Shown in pieces: positions 1 through 13,075 of a DNA stretch of 64,000 nucleotides (positions within the stretch are counted from its first letter, which is position 1; every line of letters begins with the position of its first letter). The DNA comes from Octopus vulgaris (taxonomy: Eukaryota). The DNA is taken from positions 10,168,001 to 10,232,000 of the forward strand of contig OX597822.1 of assembly GCA_951406725.2 (NCBI GenBank), written 5' to 3'. Position numbers and translations under genes: made by a program. The notes below the pieces were generated by a model that saw nothing but the letters and a program-made list of their open reading frames with translations, had not been told where the DNA came from and made no database searches.

Positions 1-181
1 GCGAGGCGTATCATAAAAGGGTGAAGACGGTATTGAAATCCACTCTGAATGCCAAAAATTTGATTACCGCAATGAAAATCTGAGCATTTGTGGTGGTTCA
101 GATATAATGCGTCCATCCTCATATGGACTAAGGATGGAATATTAACACTGGATAGAAGGACGAAAAAACTGGTGACGCTGC
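1..181 (+). mobile_element. R4/Dong-type non-LTR retrotransposon fragment (same family as 45421-46969)
   Basis: First ~60 nt nearly identical to 45712-45770 (gcgaggcgtatcataaaagggtgaagacggtattgaaatccactctgaatgcc); similarity continues to ~180. Confidence 0.8.
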
Positions 182-189
182 AGTTTTTT

Positions 190-780
190 CGCCCCACACA
201 TAGTAATCCATGGGATTAAAATGGAGGGAATTAGGGCAGAAATTGCGGGTGGTAGAGTTCTAGAAATTCCTTGACAATCACTTATAACTCTTTCCGGAGG
301 TAAGGCAAGAAGTCGTATACTGCTTTCATACCTATGCCCTTCCAGCCGCAACCCTTTTTAGCTAAGGTTTAACCAGCCTCTCTAGTAAACTTCACATATC
401 CGTCTGAATTGAATTCTCATTCAAAGATGTGAGGCGGCATGGCGTCACCCTCATTGGAGACTTACACAAAGACCATCTTAGCTTGGAGGAAATTGGTTTT
501 CATGATACGTGGGGCGTCACATGGATTGTAAGCACAAGCCACCTGTTGTTCTGGGTGTTATGTAACTGGTCCTGGCAGAATTTCTTTTCATAAGAGATGA
601 ACCAGATCATCCCCAGCTCAACATGATGACTCAGCTTGTTCAGGAGCTTGTTTGCTTTCGTTACGCGGTTCCCCTCGGTCTTGGCTGTCAAAATTTGTCG
701 CTTGCACCTCTTGTACAAATGATAATAAAGGTCCATATTCATGGTGGAGACTCCAACACCTACCTCTTGCCTATATGTAT
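190..780 (-). mobile_element. Decayed Tc1/mariner-superfamily (maT/DD37D-like) transposase fragment
   Basis: Minus-strand translation gives WFISYEKKFCQDQLHNTQNNRWL (FSDEK-like), NEGDAMPPHIF and NSLHFNPMDYYVWG (SPDLNPMD-like), with stops and frameshifts. Confidence 0.7.
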
Positions 781-1047
781 GTGAGGGTAACATAATGTTT
801 TAGATATTTAAAATATTGCTTATTTAATGAATACGTGTTATATATAAATTTCTGTATTTATTTCGTGTTTTATTAAATTTTAATTCGTCTCTTGTATAAC
901 ATCCTCACTTCTCCCCATATTTATATAGACACATTTATTTAGCTTCGTACGTATTGTAAACACCATTGTCTTCAAAGTTCATTATATCTAGGGCCCTTGT
1001 GGCTAATACTCAAATTGATGTTGTTGTTATTCTTCTTCTTCTCCTTC

Positions 1048-1145
<98 letters not shown>

Positions 1146-1166
1146 GTTATTATTATTATTATTATA
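1048..1166. repeat. (GTT)n/(ATT)n microsatellite
   Basis: Direct reading. Confidence 0.95.
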
Positions 1167-1456
1167 ACTTAATCAAATAAAGATGTTCTATGGGAAGTAT
1201 TGATTGTCTGTCTCATTAGAATGGAGAATAATGTAAATGCAGATTTACCAAAGAAATCTCTGGAGAAAGAAAATTAATTTTCTCTCTATTTTTTAAAAAT
1301 TTATTTTGTTTATTTATTTATTTACCTTATTTATTTATTGAACATTTCAGTTCTTGAATTCCCATGTTAAATGTTGCTCTTCTTTCTTAACTGATTGAGA
1401 AGTAAGTAGGAGGAGAAGAAAAGAGGAGGAAAGAAAGGAGCAGAACAGATATATAG

Positions 1457-1459
<3 letters not shown>

Positions 1460-1515
<56 letters not shown>

Positions 1516-1651
1516 GACAGAGAGACAGAGAGACAGAGAGAGACTGAGACAGAGAGAGAGAAGAAGAAGAAGAAGAAGAAGAAGAAGAAGAAGAAGAAGA
1601 AGAAGAAGAAGAAGAAGAAGAAGAAGAAGAAGAAGAAGAAGAAGAAGAAGA
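1460..1651. repeat. (AG)n/(GAA)n microsatellite
   Basis: Direct reading. Confidence 0.95.
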
Positions 1652-2747
1652 ATGTGGTCTTGTTGATGTTCGTGGAGGGAGCGGTGGTGGTGGTCGGTTT
1701 AGTGTTGTGCTTACTGGACTATAAGATTCCAGTAAAGATATGCTCTTCACTTCCTTGACTCTTGACCACTGTTGACATTAAGCACTTCCAGACGATTTGA
1801 TTGCAATCCTGTTGACTGACCAGTCTATCGGTGCTGGTAGTAGTAGAGTAGGTCTTGTGGTTTAGCACTGGGTCAGCTCTGTTTCAATTCTATTCAATTT
1901 GTTCTGGTAGTCAGCACAACTTTAAGGCATGGGAACAAATGGTCGTGTATGTAGGGGACACAGTACATTGCTTTACACACTGTGTGTGTGAAGGATGGTT
2001 ATGATACTGTTAAGATGGGAAGATTGTGTATGTATCGATCTATTTTGTGTGAGCAGATCTATGATCAATATCTTTCCGATCGTAATTATCTCGCCTCTTT
2101 GTATATCTGGAATCATATTGGCCAATATGTCATTTTCTTTTTCAAAGACAAGAGTATGTTTTAGAAAAGTTAGTTGCTATTTCTGGAAGTTCGAGTGACC
2201 ACATAGAGGTGCCCACATTGGATAGACTAGCAGCATTTTTGATGATGCTGTATCTGCTGTTGTTTTGCTTGTTTAACCTAGCCTAATGACAAAGATACCT
2301 GGACTGCGACTTACCTCACTTTGTACAAGTATGAAGCGTCACCTCATCTTATACATGTAGGTTGTCATCTGCGAAGATTTGGCAACTATTTTTAGCAGTT
2401 TTAAGCAATTTCATATGCGTTTCCTCGATGAAGAAGTGTTGGCGTTAAGTGGTGTCATTGTTATTGTTCTTGATGCTGTTGTTGTTAGAGATGAGTGGGT
2501 GGTGGTGATGGTGGTAGGAGGTGTAGGCGAAGCACAGAAAGGGTGGCTATTGGATAGAGAGGAAGAAGGTTAACTGTTTGCCTACTTGAACGACAATAGA
2601 TAATGTTTTGTCTACTTAATCAAGAGAAGTATACAGTCTAGTATTAGGAGAGTTAAAGGACAAACAGACGCATACACAGACATACACACATGCATATATA
2701 CATACGTACAAATATATATGTATATAGTCACACACACACACATATAT

Positions 2748-2791
<44 letters not shown>

Positions 2792-3069
2792 GTGTATTAA
2801 CACATATACATATATATATATGAAAATATAAATGTATATGTAAACGGATATATATATATATATACGCACACACATTCACACGCGCGCGGACGTACATACG
2901 CACACATATACATATACATACGTAAATATAGACAGACAGATATGCAAATTTAAGAGGCAGATAAGCGAAAGACGGCCATAAAATAATAAACGCTTACATC
3001 TTATTGCTAGCTTAGTAATATGCATCCGGAAAGATGCATCATTATTCATGTTACTAACCAGGTCGGACA

Positions 3070-3594
3070 CTGTTTTGATTCAGAGATTGCAATCTCTCCT
3101 GGGCCAGTGTATCCTGACTACATTTCATTTAGCTTCCTATGATGGTAGCGCAGGGCTCGGAATTTTCCATCGTATTATTGTCCTCAACAGACCTATATAT
3201 ATTGCGTTTAACTTCTGTTGCGATGGCGCAACATTTCCAGTGTTCTGTATCCTCTGAGAGACTTTTGTATCGATTGCATAGCAAGCATGTCTGAGAAGGC
3301 CACGATGAATAGCTGTGAGCCTAAAACAGCACCCCCTGGAACACCGCTGACTCTTTGTGTTTCTTTACAAGTAGTTTCATTGGCTACCACTGCTTGACTT
3401 CTTTTCACTACCCAAGTTTTCCGATTATTGTGCAGAGATCACGCAGCTTGTGACGCATCACGCCATGGTCGGCTTAATCAAAGTCTTTAGCAAAGTCGAA
3501 ATATATCACGTCACACATTTGAATCAAAATATATCAGGTTCAGCTGCTTTAACACCCAGTCAGGCAGCTGTGTCAAGCAGCTTCTATCTGCTGG
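3070..3594 (-). mobile_element. CR1/L2-group LINE reverse transcriptase fragment (downstream half of an interrupted copy)
   Basis: SCLTQL, FDFAKDFD and SGVPGGAVLGSQLFIV (GVPQGSVLGPLLF-like) on the minus strand. Confidence 0.7.
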
Positions 3595-5018
3595 ACCGAG
3601 ATAACGAGTAGGGTGGACACTCTCGCCCGGCAATGGACCGAGAGGAAGCTGTCCCTAAAAGGTCGGGCGGAGGTGACAAAATACGTACATCGCTTCCGTC
3701 ATCTACTACCGCCTGACCGTCGTGCCTTCTCTCGACCCTACTATCACCAAACTGGAATGCATCCTCTTCCGCCTCTTGTGAAAAGGATGCGTTCCAATGG
3801 TCAAGCGATCCGTTTGCTGCAAACACCCGTTAAAAGGAGGGCTGGGAATGCCGTGGTTGATGATGCGCAGAGACGCGTTGAAACTGCGACATCTCCGGCT
3901 CTACGTAGACGACGATGAGCAGGTGTGGTCGCCGTTTGTGAGGCGCGCTTTCCCGCAGCTCGTCTCCATGACCGAGCTGCAGTCGTGGATCAAAAAGAGA
4001 CCGAGGAAGATCGAATGGCACCGCGAGTGTCGCGTTGTTCTCGAGCAGCTATGCCGTCCCGGGTCGACCTTCAGCGACCTCAACACAACCAAAGCATTCT
4101 ATAGGGGATTAGTGGAAATACCTCGACGGTCTTGGAGCGAACCAGGGCATCGACGAGGAAAACCTGAATCGCCTGTTCTAGACGACTTTCGGGTCGGGAC
4201 ATATGGACAACTTCCAGAGATACCTAGCCTGGCAGTGCTAGCGAGAAGCGCTACCAGTTCGGGATAAGCTCTACAGGCATGGCTCGAGAAACACGGGGAC
4301 GACCTGCCCGATATGCGATCAGAGTGACGAAACCGTCCTGCACGCACTCGTGCAGTGTCCAACCATTTCCGTCCTGTGGGCCTATGTTAAACGACTGCTA
4401 TCGCGTGTGGGACGAGTCGGTTTATCAACCGAGTCTATCGTTAATATTGTCGCGCCTCCTTCTTGGAAACGGGAAGGAGGAGCCATTTTCATCGTACTTG
4501 TGGCTATGGTGAAAGAATGTGTATGGTGGACGCGTCTGAAAGGTCTAGAGACAAACTCTTTCCTGTCTGGTGAATCTCTCATCAACTTCTTCAAGTATCA
4601 CTTGAAGAGTAAGGCGAGAGTAGAGAGGGAAGTTTTGTCCCGTGAATGTTTGAAAATAGATGGGTGAATGTAGCAAGGATGGCACGTTGAGCATAATCCT
4701 ATGAACCAGAAAAAGAAATGAAAGGAAAAAAGAGAGTCACTTACTGTAATGTGTTTTTTGCATGACATTATTGCCCAAGTTTACTGTGGTCTTTTCCGGA
4801 GGCTTTTCTTTCCAAGGATAAACCTAATCTGTTTCCCCTTTTTACACTATGACATTTCTGTGATACACGGTCTCTATTGATCGGCTTTTCTTCCCCACGA
4901 TCCCTTTTGATCGAAATTCGACCCACTTTTTTTTTTCTCTTTTTCTTCCCAAAAAGAAAAGCTCTACTTTGTATTTTGTCCCTTCTGTGTTCATCCCTGT
5001 GTGGACAATAAAGAAACA
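3595..5018 (+). mobile_element. 5'-truncated Tx1/L1-clade LINE (ORF2 C-terminus plus 3' UTR) with 10-bp target-site duplication
   Basis: WTERKLSLKGRAEV, KHPLKGGLGMP, CCHC knuckle (CPICDQSDETVLHALVQC), AATAAA near end; tatctgctgg at 3585-3594 and 5019-5028. Confidence 0.8.
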
Positions 5019-5480
5019 TATCTGCTGGGTGTCAGTCAGCAAGTCAGTTTTAAGGAACTCAATTATTTTCCTTCTGATTATTCGTTCCAAGACTTTGCTG
5101 ATGTGTGAGATCAGAGAGACAGGCCTATAATTTTCAGTATCTGCTCTGCTTCTTTCTTAATAAATAGGGCATATTATTCTTTCTTTCAATTTACCTGGGA
5201 ACTTACAACTCGTAAGGAAGATCTGAAAAAGGTTTTGCAAGGGCTCGTTTGCATTATTTATGAAGGATTGCTGGGAATCCATTAGGGCCAGCAGCTGAGT
5301 CTGCGTCTTTCTCATCTATGGCCAGTATTACATCTTTTTTTATGTCGATATAATAAATTATTACCGCCTCCTGGTTACAGATAAAGTAGTAAAGAATTCC
5401 CTGTTTTGTTCCCTTGCCTGTGTCCTGTGTCAGTGTAGTGAACACACTTGTAAACTATTCGTTCAGCATTTTATATATTT
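5019..5480 (-). mobile_element. CR1/L2-group LINE RT fragment (upstream half of the interrupted copy)
   Basis: SAAGPNGFPAIL and ENYRPVSLISHISKVLERII motifs. Confidence 0.75.
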
Positions 5481-5599
5481 TGATTGGGACACACACTAAA
5501 ATTTACGTCTGATCTTGTGAATCCAAATTTAAATTCGCCTGAACAACCTCAGATCTTCTTTTAGGGTCCGGAAAGATGGAACTCACGTATGGCGCCTAA

Positions 5600-5800
5600 A
5601 TGACGATCATACGCCATTTAGCATGAGGTGGAAAATACTAGAAACTTGCGAACACTATCGCAATAAAACACGACTATGTAAACTGTGTATGGCAGAAAAA
5701 TATATAATCCATTTGAACTCACATGAGCCAGGAGGCTACCTGAACTCCAGGACGGAAGCCGTGGCGAGTTGTCCACATTTTCGGAAATTTTTACTAAAAG
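5600..5800 (+). pseudogene. Penelope-like element GIY-YIG endonuclease C-terminal remnant
   Basis: WKILETCEHY..CKLCMAEKYII..YLNSRTE...CPHFRKFLL matches the W-IL..CxLC-xEK..LN-R-E..C-H tail of PLE ORFs. Confidence 0.7.
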
Positions 5801-5932
5801 TAGGAAAACATAGCTATCAAGCGAAGGAAGACAACACACATGGCCATAATGTTTTCAGAGGAATATTTCTTCAACTATCACCGGCGTTCTTGTGTTTTAA
5901 AGAACATTCTTTGCAGAGAACAGTTATTGTTT

Positions 5933-5993
5933 AGAGAAACTGAAGATATATCTAGTTCACGCTGATATGAAACCAATGGGTTTTTTTTTCTCT
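5933..5993 (+). ncRNA. Type I hammerhead ribozyme motif, degenerate, downstream of the PLE ORF end
   Basis: agagaaa CTGAAGA t atatc..gatat GAAA ccaatggg TT then T-run and ctct. Confidence 0.55.
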
Positions 5994-6252
5994 TAAACTG
6001 TTACTTTACACATACAGAAATCTATATATTATTTCCGGTGTATCTGTTATCTTATTTTTACACTATCTCTTGTAAATTTGTTTAAATTAAGGATGGGGAA
6101 TCCCTTAATTTCAGTCTGGCATTCTCACTTTATTGATGTGGAGGTGATCGTATGTGAAGAAAATGTTTTCAATAGTAATAGCAACCTAATACCTCATTAC
6201 TGTAATGTTTACCTTTTACCGAACAAATCAACGCAATTTTGTCCAGTTTCGG

Positions 6253-6253
<1 letters not shown>

Positions 6254-6346
<93 letters not shown>

Positions 6347-6500
6347 GCTAGCTAGCTAGCTATCTATCTCTAGCTAGCTAGCTACCTACCTACCTACCTA
6401 CCTACCTACCTATCTATCTATCTATCTATCTATCTATCCATCTATCTATCTATTTATCCGTCTATGAATCTATCTATCTGTCTATATATCTATCTATCTA
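6254..6500. repeat. (ATCT)n/(AGCT)n/(ACCT)n tetranucleotide microsatellite
   Basis: Direct reading. Confidence 0.95.
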
Positions 6501-6626
6501 TCTAGGTAGCTAGCTAGCTAGCTATCTCTCTTGTTATCTCTCTAGCTAGCTATCTAAAAATATCGAAGACACATACACATGTTACGTGTTTAGCCATACA
6601 TACATACATACATACATACACATACA

Positions 6627-6662
<36 letters not shown>

Positions 6663-7049
6663 TATGTATGTATGTATGTATATATATTTTTTTATATTTT
6701 TTATATCTCTTTATTTCTTTATACTCTACATTTTTATATTTTTCTATACTTACACTTTTTATATATTTTTATCCTTCGTCCTGAATTCTCGCCCCTCCAT
6801 CTTTATCTCTATTTGCTCTTATTACCAGGTTCCTTCACGTCTGCCTGTATTTATATATGTATATATTTATTTATTCATTTATTTATATTACCTCAACATC
6901 CAAACTTCCTCATTCTACATTGAGAGAAGGACGAGATGGACGCTTCATTTTTATGCTGTTGCCGCATTATGTCGTACGCGAATGAGAGGATTTGCATCCC
7001 CAACATAGAATTTTTGATGTAATACATGTCCTTGAGATAGTAGTTGTGC

Positions 7050-7127
7050 GCGGCTGAAGAAGGCCACAGACACACATTATGCATTGTTATAAATCCGTCT
7101 AATAAAGGCCCGAAAGATATGTACCGC
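7050..7127 (+). ncRNA. Type I hammerhead ribozyme motif
   Basis: gcgg CTGAAGA aggcc..ggccc GAAA gatatg TA ccgc. Confidence 0.65.
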
Positions 7128-7160
7128 TGAATCCTTGGCATCATGTTTTTATTTTTATTA

Positions 7161-7231
<71 letters not shown>

Positions 7232-7543
7232 CATAGATATGTGTGTGTGTGTGGTATGTGCTTGAACGACGTAGACAAATGAAGGTAACTTAAATAACAT
7301 ATATAATGAATTATTGATTTAATGATATTATTTCGTATTTCAGAATGAATAGAGAAACCACAGAATGGCAGTTATTACCAGCTCCAGGTGTGAAAGGTAA
7401 ATAATTTCAACAAACAAGAATTTTTCTAATCTTACATGCCTTTGAAAAGTCTGATGGACAGGTGTGGACATGCGTTTCTTCCTCAGTAAGCTTCTTCAGC
7501 ACGGCGAATTTTTACCTTACCTCATCTTCAACAGATTAGATGG

Positions 7544-7576
<33 letters not shown>

Positions 7577-7587
7577 TTATATATATA

Positions 7588-7817
7588 TTTCTTTACTACC
7601 CACAAGGGGTAAACACAGAGGAGAGAAACAAGGACAGACAAACGGATTAAGTCGATTACATCGACCCCAGTGCGTAACTGGTACTTAATTTATCGACCCC
7701 GGAAGGATGAAAGGCAAAGTCGACCTCGGCGGAATTTGAACGCGGAACGTAACGGCAGACGAAATACGGCAACGCATTTCGCCCGACGTGCTAACGTTTC
7801 TGCCAGCTCGCCGCCTT
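7588..7817 (-). mobile_element. tRNA-derived SINE, family A (central gcctttcatccttccggggtcgataaa domain)
   Basis: Head ggcggcgagctggcagaaacgttagc with B-box-like gttcaaattcc; several copies in the window. Confidence 0.85.
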
Positions 7818-7821
7818 CAAG

Positions 7822-7896
<75 letters not shown>

Positions 7897-8630
7897 ATCT
7901 GCATATATATACACAAATATATATTTAAACACACATACATATACACATATACATACAAACGTACATACATATATTTATTTATAAAAAGCATTCAAGTGTC
8001 TATATATACATACCTTTTTGTATGTATGTATATGTGTGTATGAATGCATGTATTTATGTATGCGTGAATGTATGTATATATGTATGTTCGTGTGTTTACA
8101 TGCATACGTGTACGTCTATCTAATTGTCTGACTGTTTGCTAGTCCATCTGTGTGTTTGCTTTTGTGCGTTGAAATATGTGTTTACCTATGTATATATATA
8201 TATATATATATATAGATGTATATAAAGAAATATGTATATACATAGATACACATATTTTTATAAATGTGCGCATACACATAATCGTACTTAAATGTGTGTG
8301 TATAGAAATATATGTATGTGTTTTTGTCTCGTGCGTGTGTGTATGTGCGTGCGTGCATGTGCGTGTGCGTGTGCGTGTGTGCGTGTGTATACGTATACAA
8401 CATGAAATCAGTTTGCCAATTTACTAAAAGCAGACGTTAACTTTCTGATACGTGACAATCACAATACGTTTAACTGAGTTTAACAGATCGGCTAAGAAGC
8501 TTTGCGTAGCTCAAACTGACATGGAATCAGGAGGAATCGAATTTCAAGCAACAACATATCACACAACGTATCACTAGAGTACAATTTATAGCCTATAATT
8601 CGAGATAGTTTTCTTATTGTTGCTACTCTC

Positions 8631-9034
8631 TCTTTTACTCTTTTACTTGTTTCAGTCATTTGACTGCGGCCATGGTGGAGCAACGCCTTTAGTCGAGCAA
8701 ATCGACCCCGGGACTTATTCTTTGTAAGCCCAGTACTTATTCTATCGGTCTCCTTTTGCCGAACCGCTAAGTTACGGGGACGTAAACAGACCAGCATCGG
8801 TTGTCAATCAATGCTAGGGGGACAAACACACACACACAAACACACATATATATATATATATATACATATATATACGACAGGCTTCTTTCAGTTTCCGTCT
8901 ACCAAATCCACTCACAAGGCATTGGTCGGCCCGGGGCTATAGCAAAAGACACTTGCCCAAGATGCCACGCAGTGGGACTGAACCCGGAACCATGTGGTTG
9001 GTTAGCAAGCTACTTACCACACAGCCACTCCTGC
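8631..9034 (-). mobile_element. tRNA-derived SINE, family B (CORE-like cttgggcaagt, internal TA/TG microsatellite)
   Basis: Reverse complement closely matches 40286-40729. Confidence 0.85.
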
Positions 9035-9175
9035 TACTGATATTGTTTCAAGAGCTTTGGATTTTGCTCTTCTTTTGTCTTTCATATTGTGGCCGTTGAT
9101 CGTACGTGTTTGTGGTTGTAGATCTTGTAATGAGAAAAATGCTAGTAGATATGTTGTAGTAGCTATAGCTGTTGA

Positions 9176-9206
<31 letters not shown>

Positions 9207-9411
9207 CTCGTTGCAGTTGTAGTGAAATAGAAGTGTTTGGTTGATTAACCCTTTAAATGTGTATGTAACCTTTAACTTCTATAATACCTAGATATGCACA
9301 TGTGAATCTAAATCTGTCAGCTTGTCTGGCTGCCTGCCTGCCTGCCTGCCTGCCTGCCAGGCTGCTTGTCTGTCCGTCTGCAAGTACACACACATGCACA
9401 CCCATGTGTGT

Positions 9412-9450
<39 letters not shown>

Positions 9451-9740
9451 GAACCAATTGGCAGATCAGTTACAGAGTTAGATAGATTGCTTGACACATT
9501 CTGGCTGTCTAGGTTTTGAGTTCAAATCCGGTCTAGATTAATTTGTATTTCATCACTTAGGGGATCAACAAATAAGGTAGCACTCAGAGATTGGCCACAT
9601 CAGGTCTAAAGTCACCTAAGAGATTATCGTATACTTTTAGCGCCCTCCTTATACATGAGCGGTTCTGTGAGGACGGGTAATGCAACAGTCGGCGTTCCAA
9701 CAATACACTCACATTGAGTATGATGCAAAGATTTCTATAT

Positions 9741-10513
9741 ACAGGGTGCGGTGAATATATTGCTGTCTAAATTATACAAAAATGAATATAATCCTGATAC
9801 CTCATTTTAACAGATATATTTACGAAAATTATATAAAAATATATTGAAATACTAAAGAGTAAATTCATTCAATAAAATCGCCACTGCCTCCAACCATGGC
9901 CTCTTGACGGCTTCAGAATCTCCTGCAACTCCTCTGGAACGTCTCCTTGGTTCCTTGCCATAATCATTGGGGAGTTAGGTGGCCAGATGTTAAGGGTGAT
10001 GTGGTCGCAGAAATTGTCTGACAGCCATGACTGGGTTCTCCTGCTTCTGTTGGCATGGTGAAGAGTCCTGTTGCCGGACATAAGGTCTTCCAGCAACCAC
10101 TCTCTTGATCCAGAGCAGCATTACTTCCTCCAGGCACATGATGTAGGCCTCTGTGTTGAGTCTGAGGCCGTATGGGAAGATGAATGGAGGCATAACGTCG
10201 CTTTCACTAGTGATCAATTCAAATGCAAAGATGTTAACTGGATGCTTGATTTTTATCACTCTCGGTACATGTTCTCAGATTGACACCTAAACACTCTGAA
10301 ATGTTAGTATTGGAGCTTCTGGTTTGAATGGCAAGCAATTCTGCATATCGTTTCCAAATTTCTGGCTGAGTGAATTGCCTCATGATACTGTTTTTCTCGC
10401 AGACAGTGCCCAACTGAACCCACTATACTGTATAGTCGACAAAATAAAAAACAAACAAGCGCATGCGCGAAATTAAAAATACAAAATGGTGGCAATTTAC
10501 CTATTGCAGCTTG
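9741..10513 (-). mobile_element. Internally deleted Tc1/mariner-superfamily (maT/DD37D-like) transposon
   Basis: DVMPPFIFPYGLRLNTEAY..YVRQQDSSPC and IWPPNSP; degenerate terminal inverted repeats (TIRs). Confidence 0.75.
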
Positions 10514-10531
10514 AATGTATATGTGTGCGTG

Positions 10532-10577
<46 letters not shown>

Positions 10578-10939
10578 AATTTGTGTTGCAATTTTTCTGA
10601 TGTGAATTCGTGTGTTGTATTTCGGATGCGCATTGTTTCTTTTTTTTTGCCAAATAAATACACGCACTATATATCCGTTCTCCACGCGTTTAATATTATC
10701 TTTCTAAGTCATGCGAATTGCCCGGAAATATTTCTGCACACATCCGTGACCTCCTCAGCGACACTTTCAGTATTCGTGTGTGCTGTCGCTCTGCTTATTT
10801 CATTCTCACATGACAAGGGACATGAGTTAGAATAAGAACAGGAATAGACAAGTGAAGAACGAATGTATAGTGCGTGCGTTTATTTGGTAAAAAAGAGAAA
10901 AAATTCTGAAATACAACAATATACATACATACATACATA

Positions 10940-11123
10940 GTCGCCATGATAGATCGTTAGCCACTATACTAATTTTTCTCTCCTTGTTTTTTCTGTGTCC
11001 CTTTCTGTAGAAGAGCGAAGGCTCGAAACGTAAAAGACTTTTTATATTCCTGAGCGTTATACTAATACATCTGTTTGTTTTGTACACCACCTGTCTTCGT
11101 CTTTTGTTTTTTTCGTAAACTCT

Positions 11124-11127
<4 letters not shown>
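10940..11127 (+). mobile_element. ~190-bp repeat with a minimal HHR-like motif at 11001-11036
   Basis: Second copy inverted at 52490-52676; cttt CTGTAGA a gagc gaag gctc GAAA cg TA aaag; ends in (TA)n. Confidence 0.65.
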
Positions 11128-11162
<35 letters not shown>

Positions 11163-11166
<4 letters not shown>

Positions 11167-11366
11167 CGAGGCTTTCTTCCAAGGAATCTAATGCGCTTGG
11201 CTTAGATTTTCCTTTGGGGCTGGCCAGATCGGAGCAATCTCAAGATTAATCACCCGAAATTGCGAGGATGATCCGGTTCTTGACTGAAGATTGAAAGCTT
11301 CGAATGTCCCCGTCCGTGTTTTTGTATCGTCTTCTAAATGTTTTGCGTTCTTGTCCCAGTTTGTAT

Positions 11367-11372
<6 letters not shown>
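11163..11372. repeat. Microsatellite-embedded interspersed repeat, unclassified
   Basis: Diverged second copy at ~53300-53527 (aatctcaagattaatca..gatgatccggttcttgactgaaga). Confidence 0.7.
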
Positions 11373-11421
<49 letters not shown>

Positions 11422-11969
11422 GGACATCCAATGATGGAGGAAGTAAGTTAACTTCAAGGAATCCGTAGTAAATATATAAAAAAAACTTTCATGGATAATA
11501 GTGGTTTATTGTGACGGAAGGTTGTGGATGTTTCCGTATCGAAATTCGATAAACTGGAAAAGCCTTCTTTTTATATCTCACAGTAGGCGACCAGAGTTGT
11601 CGGGTATGCGAATAAGAATACAAGAGTTAAAGAATGGAGTTGATAAGATCCGGGCTACAATTGTTTCATAGCGAACGGAAAATATGAAGTGTTAAATATC
11701 TATGCGAGGTCTATACTGCAGGCTACTAGTCAGGCTGAGAGTATCTTGATTGAATGAAAGTTTACATTGTCGCAAGGAGGTAATTGTTAACACACAGAAG
11801 AATCGATCAGGATGAATGATTCTTTCATTCGATCAAGATACCTTCGACCTGACGAGTAGCCTGCGGCATACAACTCGCCTGGATATTAACCACATCCGTG
11901 GTTCCGCTCGCTATGTAACATATGTAGCCCTGATCTTATCTACTTCACTCCTTAACTGTTATGTGTACA

Positions 11970-12045
<76 letters not shown>

Positions 12046-13075
12046 ATGTATGTATATGTGTGTATATGTATGCACGTGTGCGTGTACGAGTGTATGTGTC
12101 TGTATCATTTAATAAACTCTGCTGTACAATATATGTACGATATACATCATGACTATAGTCCGTCGGTTTCCAGAACAACGAATCCTTGCCGCACATCAAT
12201 TTATCCTAACCTCACGGTTCATTACAATTTCCCTAAAACCAATTTCATGAAAACTACTCATCGTAATCATTTCATTCTATTTACGATTTCAATAAACGTA
12301 AGTTAACAACAATTTTTCTACCTTATGACAAGAACTCCAAGCAACGAATAGATCTCTACGTGGCCGCTGAATCCTACTACAAATAATTGGGAAATTTACT
12401 TTAGGTTGCAGGCTGTGCATTGGCAGAATCGTGAAATTGTCAGAAAAAATTCCTTTCTCTACACTAGTTCATATTTTTTTTGTCTTTTACTATCTAAATT
12501 CAACTCCCGCTGAGATTAAATCTGCCTTTTACCTTTCCAGGGGCTTGCTGAAGTGAATACCATTTACATACGGGAATCAATTAGTAATTTTCTTTGAAGC
12601 AATATAGACGTGAATGAAATTACCATGGTACACATTTTAAAGGGAACCAATAAGAAGACTCAAAATGTTATAGGAACTGTCTTTGGTCCTTTGGTTTGCA
12701 CTATCAAGGTTGACCTAGGTCTAAAAATGTAACAACAAACATAATCACAAAAGTTGCAAGGAAAATGGCAAATAATAATTAGTAAGATTTGAAGGGAATT
12801 ACTAGAACATAAGATGTCAGGTAAAATTTTAGATGAAGTTCTAAAATTGGGTTGACAAATAAATTGGAATAATTATAATAATTTGTCAAGGGCGTCAGTG
12901 TCATTTGGAACATAGTACACAGAGGAAAAACAGTTCAGTTATATATATACATATGCATATATTTATAAATATGTATATATGTATGTATATATATATATGT
13001 GTATATATATGTATATATACATATTTATGTATATATATATGTATATATATATATATATCCATATATATATATATA

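Noticed and set aside
1750-2340. Possible decayed LINE endonuclease region (also 18500-19050 and 40730-41720)
   Set aside because: Only vague motif traces; family and bounds cannot be supported
11841-11880. CTGACGA followed by a gtagcc/ggcatac hairpin
   Set aside because: No GAAA, cleavage triplet or stem I
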